Of a stretch of DNA of 64,000 bases, positions 29,684 to 38,349 are shown in pieces (position 1 is the first letter of the stretch; each line of letters opens with the position of its first letter). The notes beneath the pieces are model-generated. The model saw nothing but the letters and a program-made list of their open reading frames with translations, did no database searches and was not told the origin of the DNA. Made by a program: the position numbers and the translations under genes. Origin of the DNA: Bacteroidales bacterium (GTDB lineage Bacteria > Bacteroidota > Bacteroidia > Bacteroidales > UBA3663); assembly GCA_004557315.1 (NCBI GenBank), contig SFEH01000005.1, positions 3,816 through 67,815 on the forward strand, given 5' to 3'.

Positions 29684-30973
29684 ATGTTGCAGAAATTATT
29701 CGGGTACGACCCACGAACCATGACACTTCAGAAGGAGGTTATGGGAGGAATCACCACTTTCCTCACAATGGCTTATATCCTCGCTGTCAATCCAAGCATC
29801 CTTGGCGATGCTGGCATGGACAGTGGAGCAGTTTTCACCGCAACCGTCGTTTCATCGATCGTTGCCACACTTGTGATGGCCATCTATGCCAAGCTGCCAT
29901 TCTCATTGGCACCAGGCATGGGACTGAATGCCTTCTTTGCCTACACCATTGTGCTCACAATGGGCTACACATGGCAGTTTGCATTGACTGCTGTCCTTAT
30001 CGAAGGTCTCATCTTTATCCTCTTGACCCTTACAGGTTTGCGCCAAAGGATAGTCGATTGTATGCCATTGCTTCTGCGTCGTTCCATTTCTCCTGGTATC
30101 GGCCTTTTCATTGCCTTCATCGGTCTCAAGAATGCAGGCATCGTCGCAGACAATGCCTCTACACTTGTTTCTCTTGGCAATCTTCATGACCCAGCAGTGC
30201 TGTTGGCGTGCTTCGGCATTATGCTCAGTGCTGTTCTCTTGGTGCGCAATGTCACAGGAGCCTTGCTTATTGGCATTATTGTCACAGCCCTTGTCGGCAT
30301 TCCTTTAGGTATAACCAATTTATCATCGGTAGTCGATGTGCCACCAAGTCTTGCACCTATCTTCTGCCAGTTTGAGTGGACGAGCCTTTTGAGCATTGAT
30401 ATGCTGGTATGCGTGTTTACCTTCCTCTTCATCGATATGTTCGATACTATAGGTACACTCATTGGTGTCAGCAACCGTGCTGGTATGGTCGATGATCAGG
30501 GCAATATCCCTCGTCTCAAACAGGCATTTATGGCAGATGCCCTTGGAACGGCTGTTGGAGCGATACTTGGAACATCGACAGTCACAACCTATGTTGAGAG
30601 TGCTTCGGGTGTCAATGTCGGCGGTCGCAGTGGCCTCACCTCATTTACTACGGTCATCTGCTTCGTCCTTGCCCTGTTCCTCGCTCCATTGTTCCTCTCT
30701 ATCCCTGCACAGGCCACAGCTCCTGCATTGATATTGGTGGGCGTGATGATGATGCACGACATCCGCAAGATCAATTTCCAGGATTATATCACAGCCATTC
30801 CATGCTTTGTCTGCATCGCCTTCATGCCACTCACATATTCAATCAGCGATGGTATTCTCATGGGTCTTATCTCATGGGTTCTTATCCATCTCTTCTGTGG
30901 TAAGGCCAAGGAACTCAATGTGGGCATGATTATCCTAGCAGGATTGTTCATTCTCAAATACGCGTTCCTTTGA
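29684..30973 (+). CDS. NCS2/AzgA family purine (adenine/guanine/hypoxanthine) permease
   Basis: EVMGGITTFLTMAYILAVNPSILG N-terminal signature; 429 aa polytopic. Confidence 0.88.
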   Translation: MLQKLFGYDPRTMTLQKEVMGGITTFLTMAYILAVNPSILGDAGMDSGAVFTATVVSSIVATLVMAIYAKLPFSLAPGMGLNAFFAYTIVLTMGYTWQFALTAVLIEGLIFILLTLTGLRQRIVDCMPLLLRRSISPGIGLFIAFIGLKNAGIVADNASTLVSLGNLHDPAVLLACFGIMLSAVLLVRNVTGALLIGIIVTALVGIPLGITNLSSVVDVPPSLAPIFCQFEWTSLLSIDMLVCVFTFLFIDMFDTIGTLIGVSNRAGMVDDQGNIPRLKQAFMADALGTAVGAILGTSTVTTYVESASGVNVGGRSGLTSFTTVICFVLALFLAPLFLSIPAQATAPALILVGVMMMHDIRKINFQDYITAIPCFVCIAFMPLTYSISDGILMGLISWVLIHLFCGKAKELNVGMIILAGLFILKYAFL

Positions 30974-31015
30974 TAAAGGTGCAGTTAATATGAGTTAGTG
31001 AGAGATAGTAATCCT

Positions 31016-33217
31016 TTACATTCTTGCCTTGATTTCGTTTCCTGCACCAGTGCCGCGATACTTGTTCTTGGTTGTGTTGAACTTATATCTCACTGTGAGC
31101 GAGACGGTCTGTGGGTCATAGATCGAACGCTCTACGCCATTGATGTGAGTCTGGCTCATGACATAGTTTCCGAGGTCAATGCGAACATTGTGATGAGCCT
31201 TTCCGAAGATGTCGTTGACGGCGAGACGCACCGAGAGGGCATCGTTTTCGAGCCATGATTTCTGGATGGCGCACGAGAGATTCCAATAGCAGTTGGCCAC
31301 TTCGGCATTTCCCCAATGGAAATCCGACAAAAACTCCGAGTTGAGTTCAAACTGCCAAGCCCCGAAGCCGTCGTCGCGTCGTGAAGGCAAGCGCCATGCG
31401 TTGTAGGCATTGACGATATACATAGGCCTGTTGTACTTCACCGTACGCTTGCCGCTCGTCTCGCGTGGGTCATCAAGGTTGAAGCTGAGCCACTGCTTCT
31501 GCAAGCCCACTGTATAGCTTGGAGTCCAGTGTCCCCAGGTGTTGGTGACATTGACAAAGGTGCCGAGGCTGTGGATAGGCTTGTCGAAATTCACCCAGTC
31601 GAACATCACTGTTCCGTCTTCACCGTAAGGGTGCGTCCAGTCGTAGATGCCGTTCTGCTGGTTCTGGTAGTTGACCGACATCGAAAGGAAGCGCCAGCGC
31701 ATGTTGATGGCAGCCTGATTGTTGATTTCGTTCTTCAGCTTCGGATTGCCTGTCGAGAGCGTGTAGCGGTTGTTGTACTCGATGTTGCTTCTCAGTAAGC
31801 GATAGTTCGGACGACGGGTCTTGACCGAATACGAGAGCGAAGCCTGCACCTCTTTGATCTGTGTGCCGAAGCTCACGGTAGGGTAGAGGTGGTCTTGTCC
31901 ACGGTTGATGTTCTGCGATGCGTCAAAGAGATTCTTGAACTCGAAATCGACGTGCTCATATCTCAAGCCGAGGTTGAGCATTCCATAGGGAGTCATAGTG
32001 CCATATTCGACAAAGACTGCATAGGTGTTCTCGTTGACTTTCGACTTGTCGTCGGCAATCTCCTTCTGGTCGATGGTGTATTCGTTGTCGCGTTTCACTA
32101 TATCGACTTCCGCACCAGCCTGCAGCTTGCCTTTGCCCAACGGATAGGAGAATACCACCTTTCCGGCATAGAGATCATTGCTCGACGTTCCCTTTGAATC
32201 GACTGTCCGATTGCCTGTCTTCGCCTTTTCTGTTGTCATGGCATGGTTCTCGTCATCGGTGTGATAATAATCGATGTTGAGGTTCATCTCCATCTTGCCT
32301 ATCTGTCCCTGATAGTAGGCATTGGTTGACCAGCTGTCAACGCCATCTTCCATAGTCAGAGTGTGCGACGAGAGCTGTTCGATCAGAGTGCGCGTACGGC
32401 TATATATATCGGCATCCATCTGATATGAAGTGCGTCCGTGCAGATTGTCATTGCGCTCGACCCTGAATCCTGCCGAATGGTTGTCGGCAATCTGCCAGTC
32501 GGCACCGAGGCTGTATTGTAAGCCTTTGTAGTGCTGGCCGAGGTCGGTCTTGCCGATCTGCTCGATATTAGCCTTGCTGAATGTGCTTTGGTTGAAGTCA
32601 GTCTTGTAATGCTCAAGACGGTGGTCGTTCAATGTCAAGCCGCCGAACAGTTCTACGCTCTTCTGTCGATAGTTGAGGTTGAGTGTGCCGTTGAGGCGGT
32701 TGTCACCGAAGCGCAATCCGTAGTAGTCGTTGGCATCAAGGCTGCCGCCAAGACCCTTTCCGCGACGTTTCACAGTCTTGATCCTCACCACGGCATTGAC
32801 CTGGGCATCATATTGAGCTCCAGGAGTGTTGATCACTTCCACCTCCTTGATTTCCTGACTCGAAAGACGCTGGAGTTCGCTGATGTCATTGACCTTCCTT
32901 CCATTGATATAATATATAGGAGAGCCCTTTCCAATCACCTCAATACTGCCATTTCGACGCATGAGCCCGGGCATACGTGCAAGAGCATCGGCTGCCGAGC
33001 CTGCGTTAGCGAGCGGAGTGCCCACCAGTCGGGTCACGAGCACGTCGCCATTCATCTTTGTCTTCTCCACTCTGGTCACCACCTCCACATTGTCGAGAGC
33101 CTGAGCCACCTTGGTCATGCTCTGTGTTGTGTCTTTTACTACTTTCAGCTTGCCATCCTGTGCAGCTGCTGTTGCAGCACTCGCAAGCATCATCATTCCA
33201 AAAATCAGCTTTTTCAT
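31016..33217 (-). CDS. Plug-containing outer-membrane beta-barrel protein (TonB-dependent-receptor-like, OMP_b-brl_3 type), paralog 1
   Basis: Signal peptide. Plug-like LARMPGLMRRNGSIEVIGKGSPIYYINGRKV...IKEVEVINTPGAQYDAQVNAVVRIKT. C-terminus KYRGTGAGNEIKARM. Paralogous to 58387-60534. Confidence 0.85.
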   Translation of the reverse strand: MKKLIFGMMMLASAATAAAQDGKLKVVKDTTQSMTKVAQALDNVEVVTRVEKTKMNGDVLVTRLVGTPLANAGSAADALARMPGLMRRNGSIEVIGKGSPIYYINGRKVNDISELQRLSSQEIKEVEVINTPGAQYDAQVNAVVRIKTVKRRGKGLGGSLDANDYYGLRFGDNRLNGTLNLNYRQKSVELFGGLTLNDHRLEHYKTDFNQSTFSKANIEQIGKTDLGQHYKGLQYSLGADWQIADNHSAGFRVERNDNLHGRTSYQMDADIYSRTRTLIEQLSSHTLTMEDGVDSWSTNAYYQGQIGKMEMNLNIDYYHTDDENHAMTTEKAKTGNRTVDSKGTSSNDLYAGKVVFSYPLGKGKLQAGAEVDIVKRDNEYTIDQKEIADDKSKVNENTYAVFVEYGTMTPYGMLNLGLRYEHVDFEFKNLFDASQNINRGQDHLYPTVSFGTQIKEVQASLSYSVKTRRPNYRLLRSNIEYNNRYTLSTGNPKLKNEINNQAAINMRWRFLSMSVNYQNQQNGIYDWTHPYGEDGTVMFDWVNFDKPIHSLGTFVNVTNTWGHWTPSYTVGLQKQWLSFNLDDPRETSGKRTVKYNRPMYIVNAYNAWRLPSRRDDGFGAWQFELNSEFLSDFHWGNAEVANCYWNLSCAIQKSWLENDALSVRLAVNDIFGKAHHNVRIDLGNYVMSQTHINGVERSIYDPQTVSLTVRYKFNTTKNKYRGTGAGNEIKARM

Positions 33218-33281
33218 TTTTCTCTTTGTTATTTATTATTGTTAATTTGTTTTCTCTAGCCCATATCGGTTTTGTCTGCTG

Positions 33282-33289
33282 CAAAGTTA
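33282..33289 (-). promoter_or_regulatory. -7 box TAACTTTG (minus strand) for the OM barrel gene
   Basis: Reverse complement of caaagtta. The same tgcaaagttat...tacataa string recurs at the GH26 promoter (52075-52090). Confidence 0.5.
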
Positions 33290-33426
33290 TTATACATAAC
33301 AAAATTATGCAATACTGAGTGACAGACAACCTTCTTTTAGGTACCGAATCCAAGGTTTAGGGATGTTTGTGGTCTTTGTAGGGACGAATAACAATAGAAA
33401 ATCTTGCAAAACTCAATATGTCTGCT

Positions 33427-33434
33427 TACCTTTG
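33427..33434 (+). promoter_or_regulatory. -7 box TACCTTTG for the LytTR gene
   Basis: TAnnTTTG match 19 nt upstream of the ATG at 33453. Confidence 0.55.
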
Positions 33435-33452
33435 CGCATCAATTAATGGTCT

Positions 33453-34382
33453 ATGAAGCAAATCCTTTATTCTCCTGTGTATGGCAGCATTGGTTCGATG
33501 ATTATCCTTGCCTTGCTCCAGCCTTTCGGCATTGACCAACTCGGATCCCAGCGCATACCATTCATCCTTGGTGAGTGCGCTTGTGTCTTTGTGTGCCTGT
33601 TCCTGTCGGAATGCTTTTTCCTATGGGTGTGTCCACGCCTCAGTTCAACAGGCAATGCCAAAAGGAAAGAGTCATCGAGCATCTGGCGTTTAGCCGTAGC
33701 CCTTGCACCTTCCTGCATCATCAATACGTGTCTGGTATCAGCATCTTTGCTGTGTTTCTGCGGCTGGTTTTATTTCGACGATATCTTCAATGGTTGGATC
33801 GGTCCAGAAGGTTTCACGCTTCGACCTTATCTCAATATGACTGCTCAGGTGATGTTTGTTGGTTTTTTTATCTATATCTGGGCAATCTACAGAGCGAGTA
33901 ATGTACAACTAAAGGATGAACTCAGTGAGCTACGTGCGCTCAACAAGCTGCTTGAAGAGCGTCAGGAGGCGGTGGCAACAATGAATGAAGAAAAACAGGA
34001 AGAACCTTGCCCCACAGCCGTTTGCCGCATCGAGGGCAATTACCATAACGACATTCTCGAGATTGATCCTCAGAACATTGTCTATGTCGAGTCAATGTCC
34101 AACTATGCCGACATCTGCTATATGCAGGAAGGCACGATGGAGCATAAGACAATGCGCATCACTCTCAAGCAGCTTCGCGAATCACTTTCGGAAGTCGAAT
34201 GCCTGATGTCGTGCCACCGAGCCTTCATCGTCAACCTCAATTTCGTGGTCTCAATCTCTCCGCGAGTTTCAGGTGGCTACCAGCTCGATGTCTTTGGCTG
34301 CGACAAGCAGATTCCTGTGTCGCGCACTTACATTGATGAGATTAAACAGCGAATGAAAAAAGAAGTAAAAAACAATAAATGA
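33453..34382 (+). CDS. Membrane-anchored LytTR-domain DNA-binding protein, paralog 1
   Basis: About four N-terminal TM segments, a coiled-coil linker (LKDELSELRALNKLLEERQ), and a C-terminal LytTR domain (IVYVESMSNYADICY...CHRAFIVNLNFV...IPVSRTY). No receiver domain. Confidence 0.85.
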   Translation: MKQILYSPVYGSIGSMIILALLQPFGIDQLGSQRIPFILGECACVFVCLFLSECFFLWVCPRLSSTGNAKRKESSSIWRLAVALAPSCIINTCLVSASLLCFCGWFYFDDIFNGWIGPEGFTLRPYLNMTAQVMFVGFFIYIWAIYRASNVQLKDELSELRALNKLLEERQEAVATMNEEKQEEPCPTAVCRIEGNYHNDILEIDPQNIVYVESMSNYADICYMQEGTMEHKTMRITLKQLRESLSEVECLMSCHRAFIVNLNFVVSISPRVSGGYQLDVFGCDKQIPVSRTYIDEIKQRMKKEVKNNK

Positions 34383-34390
34383 GAATAATT

Positions 34391-35185
34391 ATGGCAGAAG
34401 AAACCAAGCTTGTGGCAGTTGTCATTCCGATTTATAAATCGCACTTGTCTGATCAGGACAGAATCTCCCTAGACCAGACCTATAAGGTTCTTGCCCGATA
34501 CCCAATGATAGTGGTACATCCTGAAGGCTTGGATCTGAGCGAATTTCGACGCGACTATCCTGCCTTGCAGTACCAGTCGTTCGACAAGTCCTACTTCAGC
34601 AGTATTGTCGGCTACAACAAGCTGATGCTCGCTGAGGAGTTCTATTTGGCTTTTTCCGACTATCAATACATTCTGATCGACCAGCTCGATGTGTTTATCT
34701 TCAAGGACGAGCTTGAACAGTGGTGTCTCAAAGGCTACGACTATATTGGTGCCCCATGGATTCAGAATAAGATCGGCAGATTGCCGGTCGTCAGGCATTT
34801 CTCAAAGCTCATCGCTTATACTAAGCGACTTTTTGGCAAGAAGAGCAAGTATTACCGTTATGGCAAGGTCGGCAACGGAGGGCTGTCGCTTCGTAAGGTT
34901 CAGAGCCATATCAACGTGATCAGGACTCAGCCGGCACAGGTGCGCCTGTATGCCGAAATCAAAAACCGCCAGCATCTCTACAACGAAGATACGTTCTGGG
35001 CTATGGAGCCTATCGGATTCAAGTATCCAAGCGCCCAGGAGGCAATGCTCTTCTCCTACAACAAATACCCCGAGCAGAGCTACAAGCTCACAAAAGGCGC
35101 AACTCCCTTTGGCTGCCATGGATGGACGAAGCCCAAATACCGAAAGTTCTGGTGCACAAAGGGAGAAGTGCCAACAATGCCATGA
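34391..35185 (+). CDS. DUF5672-like protein (putative glycosyltransferase-like; family recalled from memory)
   Basis: VAVVIPIYKSHLS...YDYIGAPW. The upstream in-frame ATG at 34379 overlaps the LytTR stop (ATGA), so translational coupling is possible. Confidence 0.7.
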   Translation: MAEETKLVAVVIPIYKSHLSDQDRISLDQTYKVLARYPMIVVHPEGLDLSEFRRDYPALQYQSFDKSYFSSIVGYNKLMLAEEFYLAFSDYQYILIDQLDVFIFKDELEQWCLKGYDYIGAPWIQNKIGRLPVVRHFSKLIAYTKRLFGKKSKYYRYGKVGNGGLSLRKVQSHINVIRTQPAQVRLYAEIKNRQHLYNEDTFWAMEPIGFKYPSAQEAMLFSYNKYPEQSYKLTKGATPFGCHGWTKPKYRKFWCTKGEVPTMP

Positions 35186-35309
35186 GGTGTTAAGGTGTTA
35201 AGGCGCTGCGCTTGTTAAGATGTGAAGGTGTTCATTGCCTTTAGAAGAGGCTGTCTGCGCTGTCAAAACAACACCTTAACACCTTCACATCTTCACATCT
35301 TCACACCTT
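35186..35309. repeat. Octamer-armed palindromic element E1, wedged between two convergent stop codons
   Basis: Left arm ggtgttaaggtgttaaggcgctgcgcttgttaagatgtgaaggtgtt. Right arm aacaccttaacaccttcacatcttcacatcttcacacctt. Bounded by TGA at 35183-35185 and the complement TGA at 35310-35312. Confidence 0.9.
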
Positions 35310-37028
35310 TCACATCTCCACGTGGAACCAATCCACATCAACCCATCCGCCAGTCTTCTTGGTTGCATAGTTGAAGATAGCGAACTTACTGCCCATGAAG
35401 TGACGGCGGTAGTCGAAGATCATCTTGATGTCGCGTCCGATGTTCTTCCAGTTGGTGCCGTCGGTGCTGTAGGCAAACGAAGCGAGGTCGCGTCCGTCGT
35501 TGAAGTCAGCATGCAGCCTGAGATAGATGAGCTGCTGGGGCTTCTTGGTGTCAGGAGCCTTGGTCTTCTTTAGGTTGAGTGCAACCTCCTCAATCACTGT
35601 TTCATCGACTTTCTCCACCACCTTATTGTCGTTGAGCACCACATTCTCTTCGGTGAGCTGCAGATAGAGCTTGTTGCCACGCTTCACTACACGGAGCACG
35701 CCACTGTCGCCATTGTATGCAGCCAGACCGCAACGGTCGCCATCTTTCATGTTGGCAACATCGATGCAGACACTGCCTGTGCTCTGAGGTCCGCCAATGC
35801 GCTGAGTGATGGTGTTTGGAGCGACATTGATGTTATCGACTACGCGGGCTGTCTTAAGGCGCAAATATCCTGGGCGGTCAAGCAGACTCCATGCTTCGTC
35901 GATAGGGTTGTGGTTCCATTGCCAGTATAGCTTCAGTCCCTTGTCCTCATGATAGCCCGATTTGCGCATACGGTTGAGTGCCTGAGTTGGGAAATCAAAC
36001 TCGTCGCTGTTGATGATGCCGCGAAGCGAAGGATGCTGCTTTGTGAGGTCGTTAGGAATATGGTAGTTTTTTGGATTCAGGCAAGCCTCGGTGTCGCTTG
36101 GATTCACTCCTTCGTTCAGCTCACCGCACATTGGCCAGCCATCGACCCATGTTACTCGCATCGCACAAGGCACACGGCCTATGCCGCCACGATCCTGGAA
36201 GATGAGTGCCCACCAGTTAAGATCGCTCTGGTCATCACCTACCAGACAGCCTTGGCCTACACCACCATACACCTCGAACGGAGTTTCGAGAATGACGTGC
36301 TTCTCATATGGGCCAGTGATATTGTCGGCACGATAGCAGACCTCACGGCGAACGCGTCCAGGCACATCCCATTTCATCGAGATCATGCAGAGGTAATACT
36401 TGCCATTGTGCTTGATTACGCTGCTTCCTTCGAGCAATGCGCCTCGTTCCTCTGGATCGTCGGCACTATCGACAATCTTCTTGTTCACGCCACCTTCCTT
36501 TGGCTCAAAGTTGTTGTCGAGTTCAACCAGTGTGCAGCCTCCCGAACCAGTAAACATATAGATCTTGCCGTCTTCGTCAAAGAAGAGCGAGCCGTCGTGC
36601 ATGTGAGGCGGACGAGCCACGAGCGTCCAAGGTCCTTCAGCCCTGTCGGCCGAGAAGACAAAGCCTTTGCCAGGAGCGCCATTGGCAGTAAACCACACAT
36701 AGAACTTGCCCATGTGATAGCGGATGCTCGAAGCCCACTGACCTTGTCCATAGACAGTCTTGTTGTCGGTGAGGTTGTAGCGGTCGCCATCGTCGATGCG
36801 GTCAAACACATAGCTGATCGTCTCCCAGTTGACCATGTCCTTCGAACGCATGATAGGTCCTCCAGGCATGAGGTGCATTGTCGTACTGATCATGTAATAG
36901 GTATCGGCAACCTTGCACACGCTGATGTCAGGAACATCGGCATTAATAACTGGATTGCGGAAAGTCTCTTGCGCCTTGATGCTCATTGCAAATACCACAA
37001 CAAGGCATAACATTAAAATTTTTTTCAT
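35310..37028 (-). CDS. GH43 glycoside hydrolase with C-terminal ConA-like beta-sandwich domain
   Basis: Signal peptide. NPVINADVPDISVCKVADTYYMISTTMHLMPGGPIMRSKDMVNWE, GQWASSIRYHMGKFYVWF, LLEGSSVIKHNGKYYL. 572 aa. Confidence 0.85.
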   Translation of the reverse strand: MKKILMLCLVVVFAMSIKAQETFRNPVINADVPDISVCKVADTYYMISTTMHLMPGGPIMRSKDMVNWETISYVFDRIDDGDRYNLTDNKTVYGQGQWASSIRYHMGKFYVWFTANGAPGKGFVFSADRAEGPWTLVARPPHMHDGSLFFDEDGKIYMFTGSGGCTLVELDNNFEPKEGGVNKKIVDSADDPEERGALLEGSSVIKHNGKYYLCMISMKWDVPGRVRREVCYRADNITGPYEKHVILETPFEVYGGVGQGCLVGDDQSDLNWWALIFQDRGGIGRVPCAMRVTWVDGWPMCGELNEGVNPSDTEACLNPKNYHIPNDLTKQHPSLRGIINSDEFDFPTQALNRMRKSGYHEDKGLKLYWQWNHNPIDEAWSLLDRPGYLRLKTARVVDNINVAPNTITQRIGGPQSTGSVCIDVANMKDGDRCGLAAYNGDSGVLRVVKRGNKLYLQLTEENVVLNDNKVVEKVDETVIEEVALNLKKTKAPDTKKPQQLIYLRLHADFNDGRDLASFAYSTDGTNWKNIGRDIKMIFDYRRHFMGSKFAIFNYATKKTGGWVDVDWFHVEM

Positions 37029-37051
37029 AAAAAAAGGTAATGTATTAATAA

Positions 37052-37222
37052 TTAGGTTGTGAGGTTTTGAGGTTATGAGGTTGTGAGGTTGTGAGGTTGT
37101 GAGGTTGCAAGATTCAGTATCTATGAGGATAATTGTCTGCGCGGAGCTACCTTAAAACCTCAAAACCTTAAAACCTCAAAACCTTATAACCTTATAACCT
37201 TATAACCTTATAACCTTATAAA
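37052..37222. repeat. Octamer-armed palindromic element E2 (TGAGGTT / AACCT[CT]A words), intercistronic GH130-GH43
   Basis: Left arm is seven TGAGGTTN-type octamers (37052-37110). Right arm is about nine AACCT(C/T)A(A/T)A octamers (37148-37222), which overlap the GH130 stop at 37216-37218. Confidence 0.9.
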
Positions 37223-38181
37223 GAATTATTCTTAGTCCACTCAATAATCTCATCGATATAACCACAGGCGATGCAGACAGTGGTGTCGGCAGCTCCATAA
37301 TAAAGTGTCACGCGGTTGCCATCGCGCAATGTTGCGCAAGGGAACACGACATTCGGCACATCGCCCGTCATCTCATACATCTCGGCAGGAGCAAGGAGGT
37401 AAGGGCTTGAGCGATACAGCACTTTCGACGGATCGTCCTTGTCGAGAATAGCTGTGCCGAGCGAATAGCGATAGCCGTTGCAGGTGTGGATAACGCCATG
37501 ATAGAACAGCAGCCATCCGTCGTCGGTCAGCATAGGCACCGCGCCTGCGCCAATCTTCAAGCATTGCCATGCGCTCTGTTCGAAAGGAGTGGGCTTCATC
37601 ACAACACGGTGTTTGCCCCAGAAGATCATGTCTGGAGAGTAGCTGATGTAGATGTCACCAAATGGAGTGTGACCATTGTCCGACGGACGGCTCAACATAG
37701 CATACATGCCATTGATCTTCTGTGGGAAGAGCACACCATTGCGGTTGAAAGGCAAGAACGCGTTCTCACACTGGAAGAAATCCTTGAAGTCGAAAGTATA
37801 GCCGATGCCGATGGTCGGACCGTTGTAGCCATTGCACCAAGTGATCCAGTAGCGGTCTTCGATCCAAGTCACACGCGGGTCATATTTGTAGTCGGAATGG
37901 ATGAAGTCAGTATTGCCGCACTTGAACTTGATCGGTTCGTGAGCGATGTCCCAGTTGATGCCATCCTTGCTGAATCCCGCAAAGATGTTCATCTGCACCG
38001 AACGGTTGTCGCAACGGAAGACACCGGCATAGCCGCCATTGAAAGGCACCACCGCACTGTTGAAAATGCTGTTGGCACATGGAATATGATAGCGTCCGAT
38101 AATAGGATTGGCAGAATATCTCCACATAGGTTCGGAGCACTGCTCCGGCCTGTTTTCCCATGGAAAAGAAAGTTCGTTCAT
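37216..38181 (-). CDS. GH130 family beta-mannoside phosphorylase/hydrolase-like protein
   Basis: No signal peptide. [35 protein letters not shown]..., [17 protein letters not shown] at 38181 preferred to the TTG at 38223. Confidence 0.85.
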   Translation of the reverse strand: MNELSFPWENRPEQCSEPMWRYSANPIIGRYHIPCANSIFNSAVVPFNGGYAGVFRCDNRSVQMNIFAGFSKDGINWDIAHEPIKFKCGNTDFIHSDYKYDPRVTWIEDRYWITWCNGYNGPTIGIGYTFDFKDFFQCENAFLPFNRNGVLFPQKINGMYAMLSRPSDNGHTPFGDIYISYSPDMIFWGKHRVVMKPTPFEQSAWQCLKIGAGAVPMLTDDGWLLFYHGVIHTCNGYRYSLGTAILDKDDPSKVLYRSSPYLLAPAEMYEMTGDVPNVVFPCATLRDGNRVTLYYGAADTTVCIACGYIDEIIEWTKNNSL

Positions 38182-38220
38182 TTCTATGTAGTTTTTGTGT
38201 TTATGACTCAAAAATTGCTG

Positions 38221-38228
38221 CAAATATA
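38221..38228 (-). promoter_or_regulatory. -7 box TATATTTG (minus strand) for the GH130-GH43 pair
   Basis: Reverse complement of caaatata. Lies 40 nt upstream of the ATG at 38181. Confidence 0.5.
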
Positions 38229-38312
38229 TTGTTTATTTGCGCATCTTCAAAAAAATATAACAATATTTATAAAAATATTGCCCGATTCGCTCAATTTGCA
38301 AAAAATATAGCT

Positions 38313-38320
38313 TATCTTTG
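38313..38320 (+). promoter_or_regulatory. -7 box TATCTTTG for the HD-GYP gene
   Basis: TAnnTTTG match 30 nt upstream of the ATG at 38350. Confidence 0.55.
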
Positions 38321-38349
38321 CGCAATCAGTCATGTAAATTAAGTGCTAT

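Noticed and set aside
35949-37010. 353-aa plus-strand ORF
   Set aside because: Antisense shadow of the GH43 gene (35310-37028). No recognisable motifs and no promoter box.
37052-37222. Possibility that the short tandem repeats are CRISPR arrays
   Set aside because: The units are 8 nt and abut directly with no spacers. The two halves are mutually complementary, and no cas genes are present.
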